Positions 1-15,528 of a stretch of DNA of 64,000 bases are shown here, one piece after another. The stretch is from the human T2T-CHM13v2.0 reference genome, Homo sapiens. Positions within the stretch are counted from its first letter, which is position 1; each line of letters begins with the position of its first letter. Made by a program: the position numbers and the translations under genes. Under the pieces are notes generated by a model. That model made no database searches, was not told the origin of the DNA, and saw nothing but the letters and a program-made list of their open reading frames with translations. The stretch is from NCBI RefSeq assembly GCF_009914755.1, contig NC_060935.1. One strand, given 5' to 3'.

Positions 1-239
1 GCTTTACTGCTTTTTATCTACCCTTCCTAACTTCCAACAGAAAGCAAGTAAGTTTGAAATAAATTTAAATGCAGATAAGTGGTTAGAAGAAAAAGCAGAA
101 TCCCGCTTGATAGGCTTAGTCCTTGGGGCCCCAACATCTTAATAACCATCCCTCTTGTACCCACCTCTCTTACCCTCTCCTGGACATTCCTCTAGCTCTT
201 TTCCTTTTACTCTCATGGAGCATCAATTTTCCCCTCATC

Positions 240-1485
240 ATTACTGGATCATTTTGTTCCTTCTATCTTAAAAAATAATAATTAAAAAAAAAAACCCTCT
301 TGACTCCATATCCTTCTCTAGTTATTGTCCCCGTCTAGGCTCACGTTTATAGCAAAACTCCCTGAAAGAGGTAACCATACTCCCTTCTAATTCCTCTCCT
401 CCCATTCTCTATTGAACACAACCCATTAGGGCCTTTGCCTCCCTCCATTCTTGTGAAGATCACCAATGATTTAACAGTTGTTAAATCCAACAGAAAATAG
501 TCTTCACTTCCTTGACCAGTATCTTTTGACCCACTGCTCATTTCTTCCTCCTCAAAATTTTTTTTCTCTTGACTTCCAGGAGACCATCCTCTCTTGATTT
601 TCTTTCCCAACTCTCTGGCTACTCTCCTTGGTTTCTTTTGCTGGTTCCTCCTTGCCTCCAACACCTTAAAATGTGGAACTGTCCCAGGACTCAGTTCTTG
701 GAACTCTTCCCCTTAGGTGATCTCACACAGTCTCATGGCTATAGAAGGATCTACACACTGGCAATTCCCAATGTTTATCTCTAGCACATATCCTTCCCCT
801 GAATTCCAAACTCATATACCCAACTGCCCACTCAACACTGGTCAAATAGGTATCTCAAGCTCAACACATCCAAAACTAAACTCCTGACTACCTCTCCCCT
901 AACTTCCTCCTCAGAGTCATTCCCATCTCAGTAAATGGTAACTCCACCCCCTCAGAAGAAAAAATCCTAAAAGTCATCTTAAGACTCTTCTTTTACCACA
1001 CTCCACATCTACTCCGACAGCCAACCATGTGCCTCTACCTTCAAAATATATCCACCATGACCCCCTTGCCTCAACTCTCCTACCACCTCCCTGGTCCAAG
1101 TCACCTTCACCTTTCACCTAGATAATTGCAACAGCCTCCTAACTGGCCTCCCCAATTCTACCCTAGCCCCGCTAAGGTATATTCTCTCGCAAGCCAGAGT
1201 AAGCTTTTCAAAATCCAAGACAGATCTTGTTACTCCTCTGCTCAAAACCCTCCAGTGGCTTCCCATCATACTCCGAGAAAAGATGAAGTTCCTTTCAATG
1301 GCCCACAGGCACTGAGTGATTTGGGCCTCTGCCACTCGAAGCCGTCCCATCTCCCTATCGCTCAATCCGTTCCAGCAACACTGGCCTCTTTTCCGTACTT
1401 CAGACCCTCCAGGCAAGTTCCCTTCTTGGGGCTCTGGAACACTCTTTTCCTCCAAATATCTTCATGGCTCACTCCCTCAAATTAT
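240..1485 (+). mobile_element. L2 LINE fragment
   Basis: Pyrimidine-rich L2 3' motifs (ctctaccttcaaaatatatcc; tcacctagataattgcaacagcctcctaactgg; gctcaaaaccctccagtggcttccc). Confidence 0.85.
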
Positions 1486-1865
1486 TGAGGAAATCTACAG
1501 CAGTTTCAGGAGCAAAAGAATACTAAAATAAAGACTAAAACTATAATCAGAATTGTTCCGCTCCCCAACTTTTACTTATGCTCTTCCTTATAACAAGAAT
1601 AATACCTTTTTACCCTCTCTCTAACTATCCAAATCTCACCCACACACTAGGGTCCAGATAAAGACTCACTGATTAACAGAGATCTGCTCAAACCATCCTA
1701 ATTCCCAATTCTTCCTTTGTTTAAACTCCTAAAGTGTTTATCCTCTTTCTCATTCATTTTCAAGTTTAACCACACACTGCCTCACATTTTAATCTGACCT
1801 ATATGACATCTCCCTAACTAGAACACACACACACACATACACAAAAGAATAGAATACCTTGTACA

Positions 1866-2034
1866 AGTAGTTCTCAATCCTAGATCAGGATAACACATAA
1901 AACTTCAAAAAATACAGGTTCACAGGCCCTACCCTTAAAGATATTGAATATATTATGTCTTATTTAGAACCCATAGATCTGTATTTAAGTTCCCCCAAAA
2001 GATTCTAATAGGGAGCCAGGATTAGAAACCACTG
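1866..2034. mobile_element. MER5-like hAT-Charlie MITE
   Basis: Ends agtagttctcaa...tagaaaccactg; internal gattctaat...gagccagg. Confidence 0.6.
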
Positions 2035-3518
2035 CCTGCCTTACAGTACTCTATTTCCTTCAGTACCTAGGAAAGTAGGCCTTCAAACAGCCTAAAACTA
2101 GAATGGACACCTCAGAGGGCAGATCCATACCTTCATTTCATGGAGGAACAGAGGTCCAAGAAGTCCAGATGACTAGCTAAAATCTACAAAGATTTAGACT
2201 GTACATAAATAAATGGAAGTAATAAAAATCCACAATTCACAGATGGGTGTAGTAAACACTGATTATCTATTACTTGACCAGTGGTTGTAGTGTCTAAGTT
2301 CTAAAACAGTGCATATTAACTTCTATATGCTTGAAAAATGTGAGCCACACTAGCTAATAAAAGACTTTGAGGCCAGAGGGTAATTACAGGAAGGCTTTTA
2401 AGTAGAATAAAAAACAAAACAATTTTTCTAAGTCTTCTTACAATATAAACAAAAACTGTTAGAACCATTTTTTATGGTTGAGAAGAAATAGCAGAAATAA
2501 ATAGAAAGAAGAAATCTTGCTTCCTCACTCTATAAAGTACAAAAATCCTTATTCACAAGCTTCCATAGCTCTCACGAAGCTGTTTTCTGAGTCTAATGAT
2601 CATAACGAAAACTTCTTAATTATAGATCAGACTTAGTAAATCACTCCTTATCCCAAGACAACTCAAACTCTATCTTAATAATCAGTTAACCTCAGGACTA
2701 AAACTCTTGTCATTAACAACAAAAAAACAACTCAGGTATCTATAAGGCATTATAAAAGAGTCTGAGCTTATTTTGGTGTACAGGGATTTAAGGAAGTGCC
2801 TCCTATTAACACTAATGGGAGTTCTGGGTGTAAACCATAAGCACCAAGGAGGAGGATCAACGCCCAGCACTGCATCTGTGAGAACCCTTTCTATTGCACT
2901 AACTGTAACTACTGGGAGTTGTTCGCTCAGAAATGGGATAATAGACCCAAATTCCTATGTCTCTAAAGCACAAGATAATTCAAATAAAAGTCACTAAGAA
3001 AGGTCAATGCTAGATACCAGATTTTAAAAATAAACAAGAAGAAGTTAAACTAAAAGAACAACACATTAAGAAAATTTTATAAAATAGCATCAACATACAC
3101 AGAAGAAATTAGTGAATTGCTAGAGAAAAATATCTCACACAAAAATAAATTCAACAAGATTAAAACAACCAAATTTTAAAAAATTAAAGCACAGTAAACC
3201 CAACTATAGCCAGAAGCTTATCCAGAGAAACACATGCACACAAAACAAAACTCAACTCCTCCCTGATGGAGCCCTCAGTATACTACAGTCCTTGCTTTAA
3301 ACACAGAAGAAAACTCCTGCTGCATCGATAGCCAAGAATAATCAGAGTACTTCCAGATAAATGGACAGTGATCACAAGCTGCCGAGGATGAGCAAAACTA
3401 ACTAAATAAAAATTATAGCACCTTATTGTGTTCCATCCTGCCTCACTTCTCAATATAGCACTGCTGTACTCACTAGGCTGGAAAATGAGCAGGTGCCTTT
3501 CAGGCTATAGAAAAATTA

Positions 3519-3520
<2 letters not shown>

Positions 3521-3554
<34 letters not shown>
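3521..3554. repeat. (CA)n microsatellite
   Basis: Seen directly. Confidence 0.98.
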
Positions 3555-3558
<4 letters not shown>

Positions 3559-5629
3559 AAACACAAACACAAACACAAAGGGAATGATACTCTTTCACTT
3601 GAAGGGGCTTAAAAAATGCAAGGCTTTGCTGCAGGCCTAGAAAACTCAGAGTAGGCCTTACCGAAGAAGTGAGAAAAAAGCCAAGCTTTATTCCAAATCC
3701 ACATTTCAAGCACTAAAAGAATTAACATTTATTTCAGTTAAAAGGTTTTGGCAACAATCCATTTTTTAAAAAGGAAAGAGAAATTAAGATTTTCCCTGTT
3801 TCCAGCCTGAAAGAAAATTAGAATCTCTTCTCTCTGACTATACAGGTTTAGCTCCACAACACAAATAAAAAAGAACCCTGACTTTAGGCCTAAAAACTAA
3901 AAATGGTTCCATACAATTTACATTTTTTAAAAAATCTTTGTAGTCCAACATATTGATCCTTTCTCACCACTGCTATCCTTAATGAACATTTATCTTTTTA
4001 TCAGTACTTTGAAATGTCAATGAGAAGTGGAAACAGCTACAATACACTGGGAATTTTAACTTTTGAAACAAAAACCACAAAGAAACAGGAGTCTGAAACA
4101 TGCCTCAATCACGCTGATAAGTAAGTAGTCCTAAAACTTGAAAGTGAAAGCAATACAGACCTCAAAAAGAAGTTGTTTGCTTGATATTAATGCTAGCCTT
4201 TAAGACCAAAAATATGTTATGTTACAGAAGACTGAAATCAGGGCTTCCATTAACCTTGTTTAAAAAAAAAAAAATCCCATGAGCATGGACTTTTTTCCTA
4301 AGTCTCTTCATCAGAGCAGCATGGGGTCCCATTAGGCACCCTATTTTACTTCCACCTTATAAATAACGTTAGCTATTTGCTATTTCCATGGAAACCAAGT
4401 AGAGAGAAACCCACTTAAATGAATACCGGTTAAAAGAATAAGTTTTATTTTAGAAAGGTTTTGCTGCTATAGGCGAACTCTTCTGGGGAATACCACAAAG
4501 TCTTCTTAAGTATAATTTTTAAAATATATATCTTTGGTGTAGAGGGAACTTATTAAAGGTCCTGTTAAGTAAGTATACTCCTTGCACTAAATGATAGATG
4601 CCAAATAACATCATAACATTAAAGACACATTTTCAATGCACAGGGGTTTACATGCACAACTTTCACTGACTATGCTTCCCCATGCATTGAGATGGAATAA
4701 TTACACCTGTGGGTCTAATTTAAACTAATGCAACCAAATAAATTCAGAAATAAGTCTACCATTACCTTGTAGTGACTCCTAATGAACACGCCCCACAACT
4801 GCAGACATATGTACAACTTACAGTGCAAAGAAGAGCAAACAAGGGAGCACATAGCAAGTTTCTAACCACTGTTACCACGTCTAAAGATAGCAGGTAGTCA
4901 AAAGTCCCTCCTTGACAAACCATTTTATAAGTGAAACAAGCATTCCTTAACCAATACACACATTTGGGTTAAATAGAAATAGAATATGCACAAGAAGGAA
5001 GTGCGGAACAAGACTTGTGACCTGCAACTTTAAGCTGACTTATATATTGTCCTGCTTATGCTAAGAAATGGTGGTCCATACAACCATCACAGATAGGAAA
5101 GTGTACATAAAATAAAATGCAACTCCTAAGAACACAAGCTCAAAACTAATAATCTCAGAACTTCTAAAAGCAGGAGTAAGAAAAGCTAAAATCTGTCCAG
5201 CAGGCATCGTTCTTCACTAAGTTAGTGGTGGCTCAGACATCTTCAGTAAGTTAAAAGACAAATGAAAATATTATCCTAAAAGGGATTACCAGTATTAAAC
5301 TAACAATGTATGAAAAGAACATTCTCATACACATTTTTCCTTTGAGTATACCAATGTATCTAACTGTAGTGCATGTTTTGAAAACACAAAGTTACTTTCC
5401 TGTTATGTTTTACACACTATAAATAAAGATTGGCAAAATGCTGGTAATTGTTAGTTAGGGAATAGGTACGTGGGGTTATATTATTCACTCTATTTTTATA
5501 AATGTTTTTAAATTTCCATAAGAAGAAGTTATTTAAAATCCTATAAAGGCTCTTGTCTCAAATGTTTTTCTCTAAGTATAATTAAATAATAGATGAAATG
5601 CCTGGTATAGATCTTAGAAGCTACTGAAC

Positions 5630-6243
5630 TGATTGACTGATTGAGACAGTGTCTCGCTTTGTTGCCCAGGCTGGAGTGCAGTGGCATGGCACAATCACAG
5701 CCTCGCAGCCTCGACCTACCAGGCTTAATCAATCCACCCAACTCAGCCTCCCTAATAGCTGGGACTACAGGCACATGCCACCACACTCGGCTAATTTTTG
5801 TATTTTTTGTAGAAACAGGGTTTCACCATGTTGCCCGTGCTGGTCTCCCTCTTTTTTTTTTTTTTTTTAAATACGGAGTCTCGCTCTGTCGCCAGGCTGG
5901 AAGCAGTGGCGCAATCTCGGCTCACTACAACCTCTGATTCCTGTGTTCAAGCGATTCTCCTGCCTCAGCCTCCTGAGTAGCGGGGATTACAGGCATGTGC
6001 CACCACGCCCAGCTAATTTTTGTATTTTTAGTAGAGACAGGGTTTCATCATGTTGGCCAGGATGGTCTCAAACTCCTGACCTTGTGATCCACCCGCCTCG
6101 GCCTCCCAAAGTGCTGGGATTACAGGCGCGAGCCACCACGCCTGTCCCTGTGCTGGTATCAAACTCCTGAGCTCAAGTGATACACCAGCCTCGGCCTCCC
6201 ACAGTGCTGGGATTACAGGCATGAGCCACTACACCTAACCAGG
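5630..6243 (-). mobile_element. AluJ-type element interrupted by a nested Alu
   Basis: Alu sequence at 5641-5847 resumes at 6148-6243; agctactga on both flanks. Confidence 0.9.
5851..6147 (-). mobile_element. AluSc-like element nested in the AluJ
   Basis: Poly-T then full Alu; TSD gtgctggtctc/gtgctggtatc at 5837-5847 and 6150-6160. Confidence 0.92.
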
Positions 6244-8659
6244 AGCTACTGATTTTAAATCCAGCAGAGACATTAACTCAACATGTAACCATAATTAATT
6301 TCCAAGTTTTATTTTTCTTACCAAACAATTATGTTAACAATTTAAAACCACTAGGAGAAATCTAAAAAGGAAAGGGTCTGCTACTTTGCAACTATCAACC
6401 AATGACATGTAAAAGATCAATATATAATAAGGCATCAGTGGTATTCTGTATTTACAAATCAAGGAAAGAAAGCCTAGTCTTCTCAATTAATAAATCAAAA
6501 TATTTTAGCAATTCACAACACCAAAATTTCCATTTTTTAATTCTCCAATTAGGTCCATGAGACTAGAGAGCAGTCTAATAAATTAATGCTTATTTTAGTT
6601 AAGTAACATGCCTGCCTCTTCCTCAACTTTGCCTCTATCTCACCCCAACCAGAAAATACAGCAATTTCTGAGGTAAAAAGGTATTTTTCTATTCTCTCTC
6701 TTAGTCCAGATATAAAGTATTTTACAAATATTCAGTTACTGTGCAAGTGATTTTAAGCTATCCATTCTCCAAATTCCAGCTGAGGGCCCAAAGTAGGGGG
6801 TATCCCCACAAACTGTTAAAGCTTAAGGTTTTGATAATAGCTCAGTATCTCCCTGTTTAAAAACTAATAATTACAACGGTGTTTTGTTTTTAAGAGAAAT
6901 AGAAATAAAACAGTGGTGGCTTGAAGGGAAGGATGAATAACAGGCAGGGGACGGAAAGAGACCATCAAGAGAGTAAGCAGAGAAGCAGGAGAGGAAAGGC
7001 AACACAGGGAGTCTGGGCAATCACCGGCGGCATCTCTACACAGGAGCACCACCGGCTGGACAGGGTCCTGCAGAGCTGAAATGGGACTGCACCCCCGTCA
7101 CATACAGCACCACTTTTTACAAATTAAGCAGGGACAAACTGATTTTCAAAATTGTATAATTCTTTAACTCAACCCCCAAACGCTTGTAGAATCTCTTTCT
7201 AACACATATTTATCAAAATGAAATATACTTCTAAAGTTTCCACAATTCCATTCAACCAACTGAAACAACTTTTACAGATTCTGCAAAGAGCTAAAGTAAA
7301 GAAAACTTAATACTATATATTTGCTATGCTAATTTTAAAACTATAATGCTTTACCTACTGGTCACTCTATTGCAAAGTAAGATTACAATTATTTAATTGA
7401 AAGATAACTATACAACCCATTATAAAATTGCTTAGTTTTAAAAATATTTGTCGAGCCAAAGTACACCACTTTATTTTTTAAAAAACTCGTTGGAATTTCT
7501 CCTCAGAAATGAGATACAATGTTTTAGGAACAGGGACAAAATAAAATATACACCAATTCACCTATAGTAAACACACCTATTCACCTACTAGACCTTTATC
7601 AAATGGTACAGCTGGGTTAGTGAGAACAAAAAGTTAATAGGAGCCATTATGCTACTTTAACTTAAATTCTTGCTAAGGGTAACATATACCATATTCAGAA
7701 TGTTTTGGTAAGCTATTACAAATACATTTGTTGAATCACAGAAAAAAACATATCAAGGATCAAAGACCAAAAACGTTCAGATCCTGATCAGTAGTGAATG
7801 AACAAAGTTAATTATATTTTACACTTAATGATCTTTCCCCTTACCTCATTTACTGGTTTCACTTATAAGATAGAGACATTCGTAAGACAGATACATATAT
7901 ACATTCTAATGGATATATTAACTCAATTATTTACCCCAAAACTCCTCAAATCTGAGGAGATCATTGTACCTTTTCTCATAATCAACTTGTTCTCAGGCTC
8001 AGTTTCTAGGCTCAATATAGGTAGCTTATGACAATTAAATATAGAAAGAAAATAACAACTACCATAAGAAAACATCAGGCACCAAATGAGAGGAAATTTC
8101 ACAAAGGCAAAATGCCCAAAATCAGAAAGCAAATAAACTGTGCCCATCATTATTAGAAAGCATTTGTATGCCACTTTTATATCTCTGGGGTTCTACAATT
8201 GTTTCCACTAGTTGTTACACCCAAGCATGAGTTCTCAAGGGTTAAATACACATAATTTGCCAGACCCAATGGACTGACCAGCTGATGAGTATTTAAGACT
8301 TGAGAGTTACAATGCCTAGTCTACTACTGACTTGATTCTAAGAGACCTACTATAAACTGCATCAATATCTTGGTGCTGGTCTCACCAGCTGTTGAGAAAA
8401 AAAAAGAAAAGCTTATATCACTATGGGTTTTAATAAACATTAAATCCCCTAAAATATTTAGCAGGCTCTGTTAAAACTGACATATTCCCATGTATTTTCT
8501 ATTTTTCCCAGAAGTATTCACAAATAAGAACTCATTAGATAACACTTTTATCATCTATACTCTTTCTCACCACGCATTTCAAGGGAGAAAAAAAACCTCT
8601 CCAGCTAAATTGTTCCAAATTTACTCTTTTCCCATGAACTTTTAGTGGGACTGTAATAA

Positions 8660-8940
8660 TAACAATAATAATGATAAGAGCAGCTATCATGATTGAGTGT
8701 CTCAAGATTTCCTCATTTTATTGTCACATGAACCCTAGGAGGCTGGTATTACCATCTCTGTATCACAGATGAAGAAACTGAAGTCCCAGTGACCAGCACA
8801 GTGGTATGCAGCATGTATGTGATACATCTTTATTGGAGTGAGCTTAAATAATTAGTCCAAGGTCACACATTAAACTTTAAGTGGTTATACTGAGATTCAA
8901 ATACTGGAGTCAGATGCCAAAGCTCAGGCTCTTATACTAA
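8660..8940 (-). mobile_element. MIR
   Basis: acagatgaagaaactgaag; ccaaggtcacac. Confidence 0.65.
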
Positions 8941-8994
8941 TACTTGTCTCAATCCTTGAGAAGAGAAGAAAGGAGCAGAAAACTAAGCTTCAGT

Positions 8995-9225
8995 ACCATT
9001 TATTTAGTACTTACTATGTGTCAGGCACTTCTACTAGTTTACACATTAACTCACTTATTCCTCATAACCACTTCATTTTATTCAAATTTTACAGGTGAAG
9101 AAACTGAGGCAGAGGCAGAGCAGGAAGTCATTTGGCCACAGTCAGAGCTAATACGTGGCAAAGCTAGGATTTGGGCCCATGCAAAGTGGCTCCTGCACTA
9201 ACATTCTTAACCTCTGTGTTCTACT
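8995..9225 (-). mobile_element. MIR
   Basis: cttactatgtgtcaggcact...ttttacaggtgaagaaactgaggcagag. Confidence 0.8.
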
Positions 9226-12200
9226 GACACGCTATAAACTCCCCTTCACTCGAATTACATGAAAACAAAACTTTTAACCTTTTTACCAAATTACTAAATT
9301 GTAAGCTTCACTGAGAGAAAACTAGTAGTGCTTTCCAAGCATGTGTGCCAGACGTCTTTACAGGCACACAGGACATGCCCCTGATGATTAGATCACTGCA
9401 CGACTCAGGAAGTAGCACAACTGTAAATCTGGTTAAGAGCCCCCAGCCCACCTTTCTCCACACTCAGACCCACACTAACCAGGAACTGCAAGAAATGGGC
9501 AATTCAGAGACGTCCCTGTGCAATCTTCTATAAAATGAATGTCACTCTGAAAATATCCCAGTGTGTACAGTACCCTTCCATCACCCCTTCTTCTTCCCAA
9601 ACACCATAAAAAAAAACACAAAAGGAATGAATGAGTCTAAGCTACTTAAAAATCATAACAAATGTCCAATGATAACTACAAATTTAAATGAGAAAAAAGC
9701 AAAATTCTCATAATTTTGTAACTTGTCCAAATTTTACATTTAAAAAGCACTAGCCCTCTTTGAAAGACTCAATTCTTAGACTACCTTCTTATCATAAATG
9801 TGCCTTGAAGGATGCAGAGAATTTTTGCTTCAGATTCTGAATATCTTGATAGGTGTATTTAAAACAAAAAACATGACTATTGCAGTATAAGTTATTGGGC
9901 TTTTTATACTAATATCTAATAGCATGACAATGTATTTAATTACACAAATATAAGTATTAGGCACGGATTTAATATTTGTATACTAACATGTAATATACAG
10001 AAAATAAATACAAGGAACAGGACTGGACCTAAAGGTACTGAGAACCTGACACAATGAAAACAGGAACTATTGCAGCTCCCTCCATTGACATCGTAAAGTT
10101 GCCACATTTTCTGGGCTCTCTTTTGAATTAATGTGGCATCTGTTCCAAGTACAGCATGCTAACATTTTACTAAAAGATATTTTCATTCTACATTTGTATC
10201 TGATTTGCTTTTTATTTGAACTCCTGTTTTATTTCAATGGTCATTATTTCTTTATACCAAGTTGTCAATTTGGCATTCCTAATCTATCTCCCCTGAGCAC
10301 AAAAGGGTGGGGGGGAACCATCAGCTTAAAACTCTCTAACAGCAATAATTACAATATGTTTTGCATATAGATTAAATAAAGAAAATAAACAGCACAAAGA
10401 TTTTTGTAGGCTTTTTAGTATCAAGTCCTGATAAGTTAACGGCATCTGTTCCTTTCAGAAAAAGAATTCTGCTCTGAGGTGTTGGGGGTTGGGGGAAGTA
10501 AACAAATACTAAATAGAATAATTCAAGTTACAAAGTTTGGTCTTCGAGATATGATGATTTCAATAATTTGCACATATCCAACTCCATCCACTGATAATTG
10601 CTTTTTAAGACATCTTCAAAAATGCTGTAGCAACAAGCCAAATACAACCACTTGTACTTAACATGCATGCTGCATACTCCACAATGTTACGTCACATCAG
10701 GCACAGAGAAGACGCTTACCAAGCTATCCTGCGTTCTATAAACTGCCTAACAACAGAAAAAGGCACTGCCATCTCAATGGGAGTAGAAGCTATCAGGGCA
10801 GGCAGCCCTTTCCCTTTTGGTCAACTCTGAGGAAAACAAGTAAGGTTTATATTTCTGTCTTTTAAAGCTCACCTCTCTCCAGGCCTATACTTTGAATCCT
10901 TCAGCCTTTCACAGAAAGAAAGGCTGTTTCTTTAAAATTAAAAAGCTGCAAAAGATCACTCCAACTTAAAAGTCCCACACCTTTTACCAACTGTCCTCCA
11001 GCTGTCCCCACGGCTGCCTCTTCTGCAGGAAGAATGGCCTATCTTGAGCACTCATCTCCAAGTGGGTGTGGGTACCCTGAGGAAGGGAGCCACTGGGAAG
11101 AAATTATTACAACTTATATTTTAAAATCTCATCCTTTTAAAAATTTCAAATTTCCTATATGTTTGACAACATGCATAAAACACTAGTTTAGACTATCATA
11201 CATTTAACTGGTAACCATAATTTTTAAAAGTGTAGAGAGTACTGGTCAAGATGACTGAGTCTAGAATAAAAAAGGAAAACTAGGCTCTACCACTAACTTA
11301 GTCAAATTCTTGTCTCTCAGTTTCACCATCCATAACATTAATTGAGCCCTCTGTACACTATTAGACTAGAATGAACAAGAATAAAATACTCTGTAGGACA
11401 TGGTCTGAGCCACTCAAAAGGAAAAGCATATTTATGAATGCTACCAATGAGAAAAACTAAACTTGGCTGGTAAAAAACGTTGAGTACTCTATAGTTTAAA
11501 TAAACTGCTACATTCTACCAGGTCCAATTCTTAGAATTTTACGGCAAGGCTTTAGCACTTCGTGGATCTAAAGAAGCATAAAGCACCTTAGATGCAAGGA
11601 GTGTATTCTAGGATTAGAAAGGCTTTTTTAAAAACTTTTATAACGAAAACTTTTTATTACCTGTGTAACAAAATTTTTTAATTTAAAAATTACAACAGTG
11701 AATTATCACTAATAATCTCAGCAACAAGTTAAAACTCTCAAAGCTGGAATCAAGAGTTCTATTTAATGTAGATTATAAGGCCTTTAGTATGTCTTTCTAA
11801 ATATAATGCCAGAAAAAATGAACAGCACTCAAATAACTTACTTTTTTTTTTTAACTGCGTTAAAAAATACTGAGTTATCAGCATAGCATTTGGTAGTGGT
11901 TGAGTGAGTAGGGATAGGTGATGGGGATGAGGTCAGCCCACACTACTCACATGAAGTTGTGAAGACCAGGACTAATTCCTATGTAGGGTATCTTTACGCT
12001 GATTAAGCAGTACTACTTTGAGTTTCTATTAATTAAAATATTACATGTATTATCTTGGTTTTAAAATCCTACTTTTTATTTTTTCTTTTTTACAGGTTTG
12101 CCCCAATTCTTGCCTATTTACTTTGTAAATGTGAAATAAATGTGTCCTAACAACCAAGAAGAGAGATTACCAGTTTTTTTAAATGTTATTTGAAAACACA

Positions 12201-13129
12201 ATTGCTCTCTTTATAAGTAGCTACTAGAATAAACTAGAATCATTTAATTCAGAAATGATGCCTCCTAAATTACTTATATAGGACAGAAAACAATGTTGTC
12301 ATTTTAAACTGATTTTTTTTTAAGTTTAAAAAATAACAATGACCATTTCCTAAAGCATGAGGTACAATCAATCTAAGGCATTAGGTTTGGAATCTTAATG
12401 TATAAATCTTACCCACCTCTCTTCCTCCAACCTTACTCCCACTTCCCACATGAGCCCTATTTTCAAAAATAAACAAGTTTTTTAAATAGTCACCTGGAAA
12501 AAAGTAAACTTTGAGAGTATTATGGTATAATTAAACTTCTTTAAAAATGTGTGTGTGTGTATATATATATATATATAATACATATGTAAATGCACAGGAA
12601 AAGTTTAAAAGTAGGATGGGAACGGAATGACTAATTTTCTACTTTATACGTATCTATATTGCTAGAATGACTTTCTAACTTAGATGCACAGCTTTTGTAA
12701 TATTTCTTGAAAGGACACTTATCTAACACTCTAAAACGTTGATCGTTATATAAGGACTGACTGAAATAGTGAATGTAAACCATTTGCACCTACTAAAAAA
12801 AGTATTAAACTAACTTACACTGTGCTTTATAAAGTGCCCAACTTCCAAACTTTAAGAAATAGCTATTAGACCCCACCCCATGCTACGCACTATGCTTGGC
12901 AATGGATATACAAGGATAAACAAAGCAGGCACTGTCCCAAATGTCTTCATTTCCATCCCATTCCAATGTTTACTATTTTCAAACTACTCAACCTAACCCA
13001 ACCAAAATCAACATGAAACAGCCTCAAAACGATACACTGTAGCTGTGGCCATTTCAGTAAATTGAAAACTTCTTTAGTAATTCATTTCTAGGTATCTATG
13101 GGAATTACATAGTTTAGTATAGCATTTTG

Positions 13130-13350
13130 GACATTTAAGAGCAAGGGCTTAGGAATCAAACCTGGGCTTGAATCCAGGTTGTATCATTTGTTACCTATGT
13201 GATCCGAGGGAAACCTCTACTTCCTCATTTGTAAAATGGAGGTAGGATAATAATAGTAAATCCTCAGAATATTGCTGTGAGGATTAAAACTAAATAAGAT
13301 CCTATGTGTAAAAAGGCTTAGCACTATACATAATAAACACTCTTTATTAT
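13130..13350 (+). mobile_element. MIR
   Basis: ttcctcatttgtaaaatgg...gtgaggattaaa. Confidence 0.8.
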
Positions 13351-13687
13351 TGATGACAACAGATAAACCTAAGGTACAAAAACCGTTCACAACTTGTCAA
13401 ACATTTAAAATCTATGTCATTTCTCCAAAATGTGTGTATGTCACTTCTCCAAACACAAATATATATATTTATGTAAGTTTGTATATTAACACATAAAAAT
13501 AAAATTTGTATAGTTAGTAAAATAAAATTTTTAAAACACAAAAGCTCATAATTAAAATTTTTCATTCCCATGACAACACACCAGTACATTTATATTTATA
13601 ATATACACACAAATGTACCAATGTGTATACTGTTAAGAACTACACCATAAACACACACGTAAACACATGTCAAGAATTTGTCTATTG

Positions 13688-13985
13688 GGCCAGGCGTGGT
13701 GGTTTAGGCCTGTAATCCCAGCACTTTGGGAAGGTGAGGCAGGTGGATCACTTGAGATCAGGAGTTAGAGACCAGTCTACCCAACATGGTGAAACCGTCT
13801 CTACTGAAAATACAAAAATTAGCCGGGTGTGGTGGCACATGCCTGTAGTCCCAACTACTCGGGAAGGCTGAGGAAGGAGAATCACTTGAACCTAGGAGGT
13901 AGTGGTTGCAGTGAGCTGAGATGGCCCCCCTGCACTCCAGCCTGGGCAACAGGGCAAGACTCCGTGTCAAAAAAAAAAAAAAAAA
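13688..13985 (+). mobile_element. Alu (S-type)
   Basis: Full dimer with poly-A; gtctattgg on both flanks. Confidence 0.95.
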
Positions 13986-14179
13986 GTACTGGTCTATTGG
14001 GAGCAGGGTGGATCACTAATTTTTTGGTTCTAACTCATTATTTAAAATTGTATAATATTAATATTATTAACATGATACAGATAAATATCTTAAAACCCAG
14101 CCCCTTATTGCTGATTAAAAATTCAATTTACATACACAACTTTAGTAATATAAAGTACATTCATGAGTATTATCTTATC

Positions 14180-14320
14180 TAATCCTTTTAATATCATAGT
14201 GAAGCAGGCCCTTATTATTATCCCCATTTTACCACTGGGTAAACTAAAGCCCAGCAAGGATGAACTTCCCAAGAGTGTACAGCTACGTGACAGGAGTACA
14301 CTTAAGACCAAGTCTTCTGA
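14180..14320 (-). mobile_element. MIR
   Basis: attattatccccattttacc...aaactaaagccca. Confidence 0.65.
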
Positions 14321-14755
14321 CATCATCACAACTGTTTCCTTTATACTGGCCTGGGGCATTTCATTAAAAAAGAAAACTGTGTTCAATAATTTAGGTGTGT
14401 CAAAGGTCTCTATACTGAATCTACATGGCTGCCCAGTTTTACTCTCCTTATTTCCTCTCCTGATTTCCAACTTTAGTATTTCAGTAATCACATGGGTACA
14501 TATAATGATAAAAATATGGAATGAGAATTCCTACAAACCTGATATTTTCTATATTGGCCCATTAACACCAGGGACTATTTTTCTCCTTATATTTAGCCCT
14601 TTGTATTAACTCCTTTGTAACTGCTGAATTTATTTCATTTTAATATTAGGTCTTGAAAAGACAAATTGATGTCATATAAATAAAACAGCTTATAAAGTAG
14701 AAGCATATCAGACCAGATTCCATACATTTTGGACACATCTAAGGAATCTATTTAA

Positions 14756-15076
<321 letters not shown>

Positions 15077-15174
15077 TAACAAATTTTAAATCACAACTAT
15101 GTGGGGGGGGAGGCTAGTATTATTACAGCAGATTGGTTTGCTATATAAACAAGTACTTTAAAAAATATTTCTTG

Positions 15175-15528
<354 letters not shown>

